Origin: a virus
Taxonomy: Duplodnaviria; Caudoviricetes
Length of the DNA stretch: 41,470 nucleotides
Reading direction: 5' to 3' (one strand)
IMG/VR virus record: IMGVR_UViG_3300048850_000153
Coordinates: 1 to 41,470 of that record
Under the pieces are notes generated by a model. It was given only the letters and a program-made list of their open reading frames with translations. It searched no databases and was not told the origin of the DNA. A program made the translations under genes and the position numbers. The number at the start of each line of letters is the position of its first letter. Position 1 is the stretch's first letter. Positions 25,453 through 34,290 of the stretch are shown in pieces.

Positions 25453-26055
25453 TCATGCAGGCTGTGGCGTGCGCATCTTCGCGCCGGCGCGGGCGGCGTG
25501 GCTGCCGGCGATGCCGTGCAGCTCGCTCACCATGTTGAGCACGTGCTCGCGGACGAACCCGGCCGACAACGCCAGGTCGGCTGGACCACCACCGCCGAGC
25601 CAGTGCGCCAGCGAGTGCTCGGCCACGGTGCGGTAGAGCTTGATGGCCGCAGCTGCATCCCAGGCGGTATTCTCAGGCACCCAGCGGCGCGCGCGGCCGC
25701 GCTTCGTTACCTCGGCAGTCCATACGCGCAGCAGGTGCGCCACCTGGGCGACGCCAGTCTCAAGCGCGGTTGCATCGCCCTGCAGCGCCTGGCGGCATTC
25801 CGCCTCGCGGCCGACGTCCTTCTTGCGGATGGCTTCGGCGAGTTCTTTCTCGACATGCGTGCGCACCTCGAGCGCCTTCGCCATGTCCTGGGTCGTGGTG
25901 CCGGCGTACTTGGCCCGGTGCAGCAGCGCGCCCAGGTCGCCCGGCGAGACGGAAGCCAGCGCTGCCGCGAGCAGCGGCTCGGCCTGGCTGTGGCGCGCAT
26001 CGTCCTGCAGGCTCGATGCGCTCAATGCGTGGATGTAGCGGTCAACGAAACCCAT
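25453..26055 (-). CDS. Putative late-gene regulator (Q-position antiterminator-like)
   Basis: Last gene of the rightward early operon, immediately before the putative late promoter. Helical protein. Assignment is mainly by synteny. Confidence 0.55.
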   Translation of the reverse strand: MGFVDRYIHALSASSLQDDARHSQAEPLLAAALASVSPGDLGALLHRAKYAGTTTQDMAKALEVRTHVEKELAEAIRKKDVGREAECRQALQGDATALETGVAQVAHLLRVWTAEVTKRGRARRWVPENTAWDAAAAIKLYRTVAEHSLAHWLGGGGPADLALSAGFVREHVLNMVSELHGIAGSHAARAGAKMRTPQPA

Positions 26056-26166
26056 GATTTAACTTTCAGCGAAGGACGAGGGAGCCAGCGTAGCATATGC
26101 CGCAAGGAAATTTCCGGGCTGAATTTAATGATTTGCGGAATTGTCGACCGAGCTGCTGTGCTGTTG

Positions 26167-26331
26167 CTAGCGCGCGTCACGCCAGCCTTCGTCGTACCCA
26201 ATCATGCCCGCCACGATCATGCCCAGCGTCGCGATCCAGAACACCGGATGGTCAGGCCAGATGCCGTGCACGGCGAGCAAGATGCCCAGCGCGGCGCCAA
26301 GTACGAGCTTCATCACCAGGTGCCAGGTCAT
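26167..26331 (-). CDS. Small two-TM membrane protein
   Basis: Two hydrophobic stretches, coupled to the upstream stop. Confidence 0.6.
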   Translation of the reverse strand: MTWHLVMKLVLGAALGILLAVHGIWPDHPVFWIATLGMIVAGMIGYDEGWRDAR

Positions 26332-26714
26332 CACGGCCGCCCTCCGAACATCGCCCACAGCAGCGGGTCGCGCTGCGGCACGGTGAAGGGCTTCGGCGGC
26401 GCCGGTGGCTTGGCGCGCGACTTGCGCCTCTTGTCTGAGCGCGGCGGCAGCGGCTGGCCAGTCAGCACCCAGGTAGCGCCGATGATCTGGCCGTCCTCGC
26501 CCGTGCGGCGGTCGGTTCGGTTCTGGACGGCGCCGGCCTCCTGCATCTGCTTGAGCATGCGATAAACCTCAGTGCGCGGCAGGTCGAGCGCCGTGTACAG
26601 CGCGCGCGTCGTCTGAGAGGAGACTGCAAGCGCAGCCAGGATCGCGGTTTGCAGCTTCGCCGCTCGCCTTTCGGCGGCGGTCGGTGGCAATTGAGGCGGT
26701 GCGGTATGGATCAT
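26331..26714 (-). CDS. Winged-HTH DNA-binding protein
   Basis: TTRALYTALDLPRTEVYRMLKQM HTH pattern and C-terminal RDPLLWAMFG. Confidence 0.7.
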   Translation of the reverse strand: MIHTAPPQLPPTAAERRAAKLQTAILAALAVSSQTTRALYTALDLPRTEVYRMLKQMQEAGAVQNRTDRRTGEDGQIIGATWVLTGQPLPPRSDKRRKSRAKPPAPPKPFTVPQRDPLLWAMFGGRP

Positions 26715-27151
26715 GGCGATGTTCTCCGTTCATCATGGCGGATGTTGAGCAGAGCGGCGAACCAGGGCTGCGGCCGCCCGCGCAGGCGGTGGATGCGGTA
26801 GTGGACGCGCGCGGCGGCTCGCACCCGGTCGTAGCGATCCGGGTCGGCTTTGACGCGCAGCCAGTCCTGCCTGTTGCGCTCCTGCCGGGACTTCGTGACA
26901 GGCTTGGGCGCGTCCCGCCGGCTGCCGACGGCGAAGATCGGCGCCGGAAGCCCGCCGGTGGGCAGCCACCGCTTGATGAACACTCGGCGCGGCGCCGCGC
27001 GCAGATGTGCGAGGTAGCGCCGCACTGCGATAGTGGTGATGCCGAGCAGGCGCTCCAGGTCACTGATCGCCATCGGGCGCACAGCCAGTTCGTCAATGAT
27101 CCGTGCCAGCCGGGCCTGAGCCTTGGGCGTCTCGAAGGTGAAATTGCCCAT
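26711..27151 (-). CDS. HTH DNA-binding protein
   Basis: MAISDLERLLGITTIAVRRYLAHL HTH pattern. Confidence 0.7.
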   Translation of the reverse strand: MGNFTFETPKAQARLARIIDELAVRPMAISDLERLLGITTIAVRRYLAHLRAAPRRVFIKRWLPTGGLPAPIFAVGSRRDAPKPVTKSRQERNRQDWLRVKADPDRYDRVRAAARVHYRIHRLRGRPQPWFAALLNIRHDERRTSP

Positions 27152-27582
27152 CAGGCCGCCTCCCCACTCATCGCCATCACCTCGACCAGTGCCCCCGGCG
27201 TCTCCGAATAGCGCTTCTCGATCATGATGCGCACCACCTGGGCGTCGTCGCGCCAGATGATGCCGTTGCAGCCGTCCTTGATCCCCTTCAGCACGTTGTC
27301 GGCGTCTGGCTTCTTCGTGGCGGCGATCCCGCCAGCGACGGCCAGCGCGCGGCGCTTCTTCGACCAGCTGGCGGGGATCTGCAGGTCCAGGGTGAGCGAC
27401 AGCGCCACCGGGCCCGCGGTCGGCTCGATGCCGGCCATGGCCTGGGTGGCGGCCATCTTGACCAGGTTCTCATAGCTGGCGGTCTTCTGCGGCGTGTAGG
27501 CAACCACGTGCGCGCCGCGGCGGGCGAACTTCGGGCGGCCCTTGGCCACCGGCTGGCCGGGAATGTTGAAGGCGACGATCAT
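27151..27582 (-). CDS. rusA: RusA family Holliday junction resolvase
   Basis: PGQPVAKGRP and KPDADNVLKGIKDG..GIIWRDDAQV motifs. Confidence 0.92.
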   Translation of the reverse strand: MIVAFNIPGQPVAKGRPKFARRGAHVVAYTPQKTASYENLVKMAATQAMAGIEPTAGPVALSLTLDLQIPASWSKKRRALAVAGGIAATKKPDADNVLKGIKDGCNGIIWRDDAQVVRIMIEKRYSETPGALVEVMAMSGEAA

Positions 27583-28049
27583 GCGGTGATTCCTTCCTGT
27601 TTCAGTTGTTCCTGGGTGATGGCGGTGGCGCGGTCGAACGTGTCTTCAAGCTGCTCGCGCGTCAGCCAGCCAGGCAGCGGGCGCCGCCCATCAAGAACGT
27701 CGTGGCAGTCGCTGCAGCCGAAGCACGCCTTGCTGTCTGGCGCCTTCAGGCCAATTCCCTTGCCGTGCTCCAGGCGGTTGGAGTGGCACAGCACGGTCGT
27801 GGCCGGGTCGCGGTTGCAAACGCCGGGAATCATCAGCGTGCAGTCGCGGCCGCGCGCGGCGCGCCGGGCCGGCGTCGACTTGGCGCGGGACTTCTTCATC
27901 GGCTTGCGCGTCTTGAGCCGCACCGCGGCGACGCGCAGCAGGCCAGCGCCGGCCGCCGGCGCAATGCCTGTCCGGCGCATCGGCGTCTTGCGCGCCAGCG
28001 GCTTGCCCTGCTTGAGGGTGCCAGTGCGGCCGATGGGGGATCGGATCAT
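27579..28049 (-). CDS. DUF1364 / YbcO-like nuclease-domain protein
   Basis: ARGRDCT..IPGVC...TTVLCH...G.GLK..D...FGCSDCHDVLD motif. Confidence 0.82.
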   Translation of the reverse strand: MIRSPIGRTGTLKQGKPLARKTPMRRTGIAPAAGAGLLRVAAVRLKTRKPMKKSRAKSTPARRAARGRDCTLMIPGVCNRDPATTVLCHSNRLEHGKGIGLKAPDSKACFGCSDCHDVLDGRRPLPGWLTREQLEDTFDRATAITQEQLKQEGITA

Positions 28050-28801
28050 GCCGTGTACTCCTGCTCTGCCAGCTCGCAGAAGAACGAGCAGGACGGCATC
28101 TTCTCGTTCCGGCGCGCCGGCCCGGCCGGGATTTCCCGCAGCGAATAGCGCTCATTGGTCTGTCGGTTGCGGAAGATGTGTGCCCCGGCGCCGATTTCGT
28201 CCTGCACCTGGGCCAGCTCTTCGAACTGCTCGGGGAAGTCCTCGCGGATCGCACGCCAGTAGCCTTCGCCGCCCTTCACGCATCCGATGCAATTCGCGTT
28301 GTCGTACCCCATGCGGTACATCAGCGGCAGCTCGATGCCGGCGCGCTGGACCATCGCCTTGCAATCTTCCTTGCCCAGGCCTGCGTCGATCAGCGGCGCG
28401 ATCACCGGCCGATCGGGATTGCGCTCGCGGAAGTCATCCAGGCGGTCCGCTTCCTCGGCGGTGAAGCCGAACACCATCACGTCGCCCGGCTGCTTCCAGG
28501 TGTCGAGCAGCTTGCGCTTCAGCTGTGTCGTGCACGGCGCGCCGCGCGGCCCCTTCATGAACTGCCGGCGACGGAAGACCTCGACAGTGGAAGCGCCGTA
28601 TTGCTCGTCGCGCAGCACCGTGATCTGGCGGCCGAACCACTTCTCGCAGTCGGCCAGGAAGCGCCGATTGTCCTCGTGCTCCTGCTTGATGAAGGCGTTG
28701 ATGATCTGCACATCGTGCGTTGCGCCGTACTGGGCCAGCGCCAGCTTGGTGGCCACGGCTGAAGCGGCGCCGCAGCTGAACTGACAAACGATCCTGCTCA
28801 T
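28046..28801 (-). CDS. PAPS-reductase-like / adenine nucleotide alpha-hydrolase protein, Cys-rich
   Basis: PP-loop-like FSCGAAS, APCT, NANCIGCVKG and terminal CSFFC motifs. Start at ATG 28801. Confidence 0.8.
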   Translation of the reverse strand: MSRIVCQFSCGAASAVATKLALAQYGATHDVQIINAFIKQEHEDNRRFLADCEKWFGRQITVLRDEQYGASTVEVFRRRQFMKGPRGAPCTTQLKRKLLDTWKQPGDVMVFGFTAEEADRLDDFRERNPDRPVIAPLIDAGLGKEDCKAMVQRAGIELPLMYRMGYDNANCIGCVKGGEGYWRAIREDFPEQFEELAQVQDEIGAGAHIFRNRQTNERYSLREIPAGPARRNEKMPSCSFFCELAEQEYTA

Positions 28802-29016
28802 GCTTTCTCCAATTCTTGTTGTTGTTCCTGCTGCTGCGCTACATACCGCTGTCGCGCGGTCCGGTTCTTCGCTTCGATGAACAGCACGCCGATCTGGCCG
28901 TTCCAGGGCTTCGGCTGCTCCCAGGCACTGCGCCAGCCGTGGCCGGGCGGCAGGTCGGCGCGGCCGGCGACCGTGAAGCGCTCGCACATGGCGCAGGGGT
29001 CGTGCTCGCGGGTCAT
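28798..29016 (-). CDS. Small hypothetical protein (CxxC)
   Basis: ATGA-coupled on both sides. Confidence 0.65.
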   Translation of the reverse strand: MTREHDPCAMCERFTVAGRADLPPGHGWRSAWEQPKPWNGQIGVLFIEAKNRTARQRYVAQQQEQQQELEKA

Positions 29017-29747
29017 GCTGCGAGCTCCAGGGGCAGCAGGATGCGGCGCTGCGCAGTGGCGAAGTGCTCGGCGCCCTGCTCGATGCCGATGAAGCGCCGG
29101 CCGGTGTTTCGGCAGGCCACGCCGGCGGTACCGCTGCCCATCGCGTTGTCCAGCACCACGTCGCCAGGGTTCGAATACGTGCGCACCAGGTACTCCATGA
29201 GCGCTACCGGCTTCTGCGTCGGGTGGTAATTGCCGCGCTGCTTGTCACTGGAGAAGAACTGGACCGAGCGCGGGTAGCGGCTGGTCGAGTCGTACTCGGT
29301 GAGCTTCAGCGCCTTGCCGTAGCACTCGCTGTTGACGGTCTTGCGTTTCGTGGTTTTGCGGGCATGGCCATGCGTGAGCTGCGGGTTGTACGTCGGCTGG
29401 CCGGCACAGAACACCAGCACCGATTCGTGCGCGCGCAGCGGAGCCTTCTTTGCGTTCAGGAAGCCGGTCGCGTTGCCCTTTTCCCACACCCATTCGTAGA
29501 GGAACCAGTCGGGGTTGCTCATGACCAGAGCGCTGGTGAAGGGCTGGGCCGCGGTCAGCACCACGGCGCCGCGCTTCTTCAGCACGCGCCGGTACTGCTC
29601 CCAAAGCGGCGCAAGCGGGATGATCGAATCCCAGGCGCAGCGGGTCGTCCCGTACGGCAGGTCCGCCAGCACCAGGTCGACGGTACCGCTCTCGATCTCG
29701 CGCATGCGCTCCAGGCAATCGCCCAGCATCAGGGTCACTTCCTTCAT
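29013..29747 (-). CDS. Orphan N6-adenine/N4-cytosine DNA methyltransferase (beta class)
   Basis: GDCL, DLPYG (motif IV), HPTQKP and VLDNAMGSGT (motif I). Start at ATG 29747. Confidence 0.93.
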   Translation of the reverse strand: MKEVTLMLGDCLERMREIESGTVDLVLADLPYGTTRCAWDSIIPLAPLWEQYRRVLKKRGAVVLTAAQPFTSALVMSNPDWFLYEWVWEKGNATGFLNAKKAPLRAHESVLVFCAGQPTYNPQLTHGHARKTTKRKTVNSECYGKALKLTEYDSTSRYPRSVQFFSSDKQRGNYHPTQKPVALMEYLVRTYSNPGDVVLDNAMGSGTAGVACRNTGRRFIGIEQGAEHFATAQRRILLPLELAA

Positions 29748-30526
29748 GCCGTCACCTCGGTACCGGCCGGCGCGCGCACGCGGCGGGCGTCCTCCCAGTT
29801 CAGCGCGCAGCTGAACGAGTTCTCGTGCAGGCGGCTGTGCACCCGCTCGCCCACGTAGCGCCCCAGGTGGTCGAAGGGCTGGTTGCTGATCGCGATGACC
29901 GGCTTGTTCTCGTTGTAGCGGCGGTTGATGATCTCGGTGAGCAGCAGCGAGGCGTTCTCCGTGTTGCGGATCGCGTCGATCTCGTCGAGGATCAGGACGT
30001 CGAACTGCACGAAGCGCTGGATCTCGCCCTCCTGGCTCTTGCCCTCCTGGCTGTACGTCGCCTGGATCTCGCTGATCATCCCGGCCGCCGTGATGTAGCG
30101 GACCGAGCGCGCCGCCGAGTGCATCAGGGCCTGGGCCAGCTCGCACGCCAGCAGGGTCTTGCCGGTGCCGGTCTTGCCGACGAGGATCAGCGCAGCCCAG
30201 GCCCGGTTCTTGAGGATGAAGTCGCTGAACAGCTTGGCCTGGCGCCGCACCGCGCGCTGCAGCTCAGTCGTGGCGATGAAGCGCTGCTCGAGGAACTTCG
30301 CCGGGATCGTCGCCGCCAGCAGCAGGTCGGCGCGCCGCGCGGTCACCCACAACAGGTCCGTCTCGGCGGCCATCTTCGCCTCGAGGCACTTCGGGCAGTG
30401 CCAAGCCGCGCCCTTGCGCACCAGCACCTCGGCGGCGCCGTGCACATCGCACATGCCGCTGGCGGTCTCGACGTGGGCGCTGAAGCGACCCAGCGCGCCG
30501 CCGATATGGTTCAGTTCGGTTTGCAA
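29744..30526 (-). CDS. DnaC/IstB-like helicase loader ATPase
   Basis: GKTGTGKT, LILDEI and RVHSRL motifs, N-terminal Zn ligands, follows the initiator gene. Confidence 0.92.
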   Translation of the reverse strand: MQTELNHIGGALGRFSAHVETASGMCDVHGAAEVLVRKGAAWHCPKCLEAKMAAETDLLWVTARRADLLLAATIPAKFLEQRFIATTELQRAVRRQAKLFSDFILKNRAWAALILVGKTGTGKTLLACELAQALMHSAARSVRYITAAGMISEIQATYSQEGKSQEGEIQRFVQFDVLILDEIDAIRNTENASLLLTEIINRRYNENKPVIAISNQPFDHLGRYVGERVHSRLHENSFSCALNWEDARRVRAPAGTEVTA

Positions 30527-31491
30527 AATTCGATCTCCTCGTCTGGGCCGGGCGTAGTGATGCCGTGGCGTTGCATGCTCTCCTCCATCGCACGTTGGTC
30601 GCCCGAGCGGTCCAGGTGCGCGAAATTGAATTTCTCGTTGACGCCCGGCGGGCGCGGCGCGGTGCGGCGCTCGGCAGGGTTCAGCAGGCGATCGACGATC
30701 CGCACCAGGTACTGCGGCGGCATGCTCTCGTCGCCCTTGGTCTCCCGTGCGATGCGCACCGCCTCGATCAACGTGTCGACCGGCACCCCGCGATCAGCCC
30801 AATCGATCACAACCGGGTTCATCGAGGTGGCGGTGACGCCGAGCGGGCGCAGCGCGACAGCGATTGCGACAGCCGGGCTGGTGGGCTCAGGCAGGTCCTG
30901 GCGCGGAGGCAGCGGCGCCGCGCCAGGCGGCAGGAAGTCATCCGGGTCCGCAGGATCGCCGCCGCCCTCCGCCGGCGCGCTCGCGTCGGTGGTGGTGGGG
31001 GTATCAGGATTCAGGATGGGGGAATCAGGAATCAGGGCGTTATTGGACTGTGGGGTAACGTTATCTAACGGTGGCTTAACGTTAGTCTTCGTTTCGCCTG
31101 CCTTTGCCTTGGCCGATTTGCCCGTTATGCCACCGTTCTTGTTGCGCTCGTTCACGGTATAGAAGCCCTCCGCATCGGGAAGGACGCTGTCCTTTTCCGT
31201 GGAATGAGGTGCTTGGTGCTTGGCGAAGTTGGCGATCTCGATCACCTTGATGCCGTCCGCCTGGTAACGCGCGATGAAGCCGCTGTCGGCCAGCTGGCCC
31301 AGGGCCTGCTCACAGTCGACGTCGTCGGCCGGGAAGATCTCCATCTTGATCTTCTTCGGGCGGTCGACCACGCGGCCCTCGCGATCTGCGATGGTCCACA
31401 GGCCGATGAACAGCAGCCGGGTTGCGAACGGCAGCTCGACCAACTCGTCGTTGGTGAAGAAGCCGGGTTTGATGTTCCGTGCGCGGGCCAT
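30511..31491 (-). CDS. Phage replication initiator (O-like)
   Basis: MARARNIKPGFFTNDEL...LLFIGLWTIADREG N-terminal domain and low-complexity linker. Confidence 0.88.
   Translation of the reverse strand: MARARNIKPGFFTNDELVELPFATRLLFIGLWTIADREGRVVDRPKKIKMEIFPADDVDCEQALGQLADSGFIARYQADGIKVIEIANFAKHQAPHSTEKDSVLPDAEGFYTVNERNKNGGITGKSAKAKAGETKTNVKPPLDNVTPQSNNALIPDSPILNPDTPTTTDASAPAEGGGDPADPDDFLPPGAAPLPPRQDLPEPTSPAVAIAVALRPLGVTATSMNPVVIDWADRGVPVDTLIEAVRIARETKGDESMPPQYLVRIVDRLLNPAERRTAPRPPGVNEKFNFAHLDRSGDQRAMEESMQRHGITTPGPDEEIEFCKPN
31002..31084. other. Putative replication origin iterons inside the initiator gene
   Basis: TAACG at 31056, 31066 and 31077 (10-11 bp phasing) plus four TCAGG repeats, in a locally AT-richer linker. 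Confidence 0.5.
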
Positions 31492-31492
31492 T

Positions 31493-31747
31493 TCAGTGTT
31501 CCTTTTCTTCCAGCGGCAGCTGGCGGGTGTCGACCGGCTTCTCGACGTAGATCACGCCGCGCTCGCAGTGCTCCAGCTCCGCGCGCTCGGCGGCCTGGCA
31601 GGCGCGTGCGCAGATCGCCGAGTGCTGGCCCTGGAACAGGCAGCCGCGGCAGCTCTTGGCCGGCCGGGTGGTGAACTGCATGCTCTCGGGATGCAGCGGC
31701 TCGCCGTGGTGTCCGAGCCAGTCTTGGATGGCGACGCAGTGCCTCAT
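31493..31747 (-). CDS. Cys-rich hypothetical protein
   Basis: SCRGCLF...C...C...C pattern, ATGA-coupled. Confidence 0.7.
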   Translation of the reverse strand: MRHCVAIQDWLGHHGEPLHPESMQFTTRPAKSCRGCLFQGQHSAICARACQAAERAELEHCERGVIYVEKPVDTRQLPLEEKEH

Positions 31748-32100
31748 GCCGTCACCATCGAGCGTTGCGCCGGCGCGCCGAACAACGCGGCCACCAGCGG
31801 ATCCCGCAGGCCCAGGGTCGGGTACGTGGTGCTGATCACGACCTGGCGCTCGTCGGCCCGCGAGAACTCTTGGTCGAGGTCCGGACCTGGGCCCAGGCGC
31901 CAGATGTTGATCGAGCCGCCGCGCGCAGCCGGCGCCGGGACGCTGTTGACCAGGCCCAGCTCGCGCATGTAGCACAGGCGCGTGCAGACGCCCTTCGTGG
32001 TGATTCCGGTGTGGGCGCTGATCTCTTCGGTGCGCTGGTGGCCGGCCTCGATGGCGGCCAGGATCGCGATGCGCAGCTCGGGCTGTTGTGGGCGCGCCAT
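31744..32100 (-). CDS. Winged-HTH protein
   Basis: RTEEISAHTGITTKGVCTRL HTH pattern and C-terminal RDPLVAALFG. Confidence 0.72.
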   Translation of the reverse strand: MARPQQPELRIAILAAIEAGHQRTEEISAHTGITTKGVCTRLCYMRELGLVNSVPAPAARGGSINIWRLGPGPDLDQEFSRADERQVVISTTYPTLGLRDPLVAALFGAPAQRSMVTA

Positions 32101-32537
32101 CACTGAGCCATCCCATTCAAGCGGGCCAGCAGCTCCATCATTGGGCGGATCGACACGTAGATCGCCTTCTCGATGTTGCGCACCTCGCCCTGGTCCACGC
32201 GGCCGTCCGCCAGCGCGGTGTGCACCTGGGTGCCGACCTGTCCCAGGCATTGCCAGATGTCCGTGACCGACTCCAGCACCGCCATGTCGCTCGCCGGCTG
32301 CTCGTCGATCTTCGTGCACACGAAGTTGTGCTGGCGTGCCAGCGCATGCAGCACGTCGTAGTTCTGCGTGATCTCCATCACCCGCGACGCGTCGTCCATC
32401 GTCAGAACGTTCGTCGTCGAGTTCGGGTTTGCCTTGTTGCGCAGCAGGCCCGCGGTGTAGCCCATGCGCACGGCCAGGGCCTCGCAGCCGCCAGGCGCTT
32501 CATGCACGGTCCGGTGAAAGGCGTCCTTGTAGTTCAT
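32100..32537 (-). CDS. CII-family (CP76-like) phage regulator
   Basis: PGGCEALAVRMG...LRNKANPN and LADGRVD..E motifs, follows cro. Confidence 0.85.
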   Translation of the reverse strand: MNYKDAFHRTVHEAPGGCEALAVRMGYTAGLLRNKANPNSTTNVLTMDDASRVMEITQNYDVLHALARQHNFVCTKIDEQPASDMAVLESVTDIWQCLGQVGTQVHTALADGRVDQGEVRNIEKAIYVSIRPMMELLARLNGMAQ

Positions 32538-32607
32538 GTGAGGTTCCTGGAAACAAATGATGCGTGGAAATATTTATGGCGCGACAATGCAGTTATGGGA
32601 ACTTCAA

Positions 32608-32808
32608 CTACTCGACCTTGTCTGCCTTTCGGCGCTTCGGCTTTTCCGCCGGAGGGAAGACGTCGGGCCGGGCCAGCTCCAAGAACATGCGGCGCGCAGC
32701 CGGAATGCCGTCATCGCGCCATTGCGATACCGCTGCCATGGAGACTTTGCACAGCGCCGCGACCTTGGCAGTGCCGCCTAGGGCGTCGATCAGTTGTGAG
32801 TCGTTCAT
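32608..32808 (-). CDS. cro: Cro-like repressor
   Basis: IDALGGTAKVAALCKVSMAAVSQW...GIP..R motif, divergent from cI. Confidence 0.88.
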   Translation of the reverse strand: MNDSQLIDALGGTAKVAALCKVSMAAVSQWRDDGIPAARRMFLELARPDVFPPAEKPKRRKADKVE

Positions 32809-32820
32809 CTTCTCGCTTTC

Positions 32821-32903
32821 TTAAGGTGACTTGAGACATATCTTAAGTGAACTTAAGATCATACGCAAGCCAACTTAAGAAAATATTTGTTAAGCTAGCT
32901 TTA
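32821..32903. promoter_or_regulatory. OR region: four TTAAG-N4-CTTAA-type operators, PR and PRM
   Basis: Operators at 32821, 32843, 32865 and 32890. PR on minus: TTGCGT-17-TAAGAT (32868..32840). PRM on plus: TGtTAAGCT, ending 6 nt before the cI ATG. Confidence 0.88.
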
Positions 32904-33652
32904 TGAAACTATTGTCAGAACGCCTTAAATGGGCTATGTCGGAAGAGTCGAAGCGCCAGGGGCGCGAGATTCGGCCGGCCGATCTTGCTCGCGCTGCGAA
33001 CAGCTCTGCGACATCGGTGAACTATTGGCTGACTGACACGAATGGAATTGGCGCATCGAAAGCGCGCCTGCTGGGCGAGTATTTGCATGTCGACGCGCTT
33101 TGGCTCGAGACGGGCGACGGCCAAGCAGAGCTAGCCGCAGCGCAGACGCAGAAGGCGCCGCCTGCTGCTCCGCAATCCGACGACCCATTCATCACGCCGG
33201 CCGCCCATATCCGGATTGGCGACGAACCCGAAACGGTGCCGGTGCGCCTGGTGAAGCTGCGGCTGCAGGCAGGCGTGACCCGCTTCGAGACCGAGCCGGA
33301 TTTGGAGGATGGAGGAGTGCTGCATGTCCCGACGGAGGTCATCGAGGAGGACAACTTGGTTCCTCACGAGCTGCTTGCCATTCGCGTGCGCGGCCGCAGC
33401 ATGGAGCCGCTCATGTTTGAGGACGATGTAATCGTCGTCGATACCCGCCAGAAGTCGCCCATCAATCGCGAGCTCTACGCCCTCAACTTCGATGGCGACT
33501 GCTGCGTCAAGCAGCTGATCAAGCGCAATGGAGACTGGTATCTCCACTCGCTGAACGATGAGTTCGGCGATGTGAACGCGCGTAGCGGCCAGATCAGCAT
33601 CATCGGGCAAGTGGTCTACCAGCCCGGCCGGCGCCTGCGCGGACGTCTATGA
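32903..33652 (+). CDS. cI: CI repressor (HTH + S24 autoprotease)
   Basis: N-terminal HTH, Ala-Gly cleavage site (LQAG), catalytic Ser (GRSMEP) and Lys (VKQL). Confidence 0.94.
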   Translation: MKLLSERLKWAMSEESKRQGREIRPADLARAANSSATSVNYWLTDTNGIGASKARLLGEYLHVDALWLETGDGQAELAAAQTQKAPPAAPQSDDPFITPAAHIRIGDEPETVPVRLVKLRLQAGVTRFETEPDLEDGGVLHVPTEVIEEDNLVPHELLAIRVRGRSMEPLMFEDDVIVVDTRQKSPINRELYALNFDGDCCVKQLIKRNGDWYLHSLNDEFGDVNARSGQISIIGQVVYQPGRRLRGRL

Positions 33653-33936
33653 GGATCGAATGCTCGATCGTCGAGTTTAAAGGCGCGCGTATTGTGGTCG
33701 CCCTGCCTCACTCGACCTATGTGCGACCGGGCGTCGGCGATGCCTTGATGTTGCGCCTGCAACCGCACTACCCAGGGCTGCCGATCGTCCTTGTCAGCAC
33801 CCAACCAGGCACAGTTCCCTCATACTCAACCTTCGACGCGGACCCGCTCCTGGCGGCGCTGGACGTGGCTACGCTCGATCTCGAGGTCATCGACCTCGAC
33901 AAGCCGGCATACGACGACTCGGAACTGCCCTTCTAA
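33649..33936 (+). CDS. Hypothetical protein coupled to cI
   Basis: ATGA overlap with the cI stop. Ends in DDSELPF. Confidence 0.75.
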   Translation: MRIECSIVEFKGARIVVALPHSTYVRPGVGDALMLRLQPHYPGLPIVLVSTQPGTVPSYSTFDADPLLAALDVATLDLEVIDLDKPAYDDSELPF

Positions 33937-33951
33937 ACTAGAAAGAATCCC

Positions 33952-34290
33952 TTGGCCCTAATTTCCTGTCCAGAGTGCCACGCTCAAGTGAGCGACCAGG
34001 CGATAGCCTGCCCGAGCTGCGGCGCCGCACCACCGAAGCGCGTGACAAAGAAAAAATCGCGGGCCCTGCTATACGCGATGATTGGCGCACCGCTTATTCT
34101 TTTCGCTTGGATCTTCGCTTTTCCGCCAGACTCAAGCGACCCGGGTTTAGTGCGCGCGCGTGACGCGATCGATTTCTGCTGGAAGGACCAGAAGGCCAAG
34201 TCTGCCGACCCCGATATGGCCCGCTTCGTGGCGGGTACTTGCGAGATGCTCGAGCGCGACTTCCAGGAGAAGTATGGCCGCAATCCGTAA
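33952..34290 (+). CDS. Zinc-ribbon single-TM membrane protein
   Basis: MALISCPEC...VSDQA.ACPSCG followed by a TM helix. GAAAG RBS with TTG start. Confidence 0.8.
   Translation: MALISCPECHAQVSDQAIACPSCGAAPPKRVTKKKSRALLYAMIGAPLILFAWIFAFPPDSSDPGLVRARDAIDFCWKDQKAKSADPDMARFVAGTCEMLERDFQEKYGRNP

Noticed and set aside
12505-31162. Long plus-strand ORFs (12505..13956, 18217..19647, 21683..22789, 25147..26565, 29825..31162)
   Set aside because: They are antisense shadows of well-supported minus-strand genes in GC-rich DNA, with no motifs or RBS.
32821-32903. CRISPR-like array from the periodic CTTAAG repeats
   Set aside because: The units are 14-bp palindromes with 8-11 bp gaps overlapping promoters, which fits repressor operators. 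No cas genes are present.
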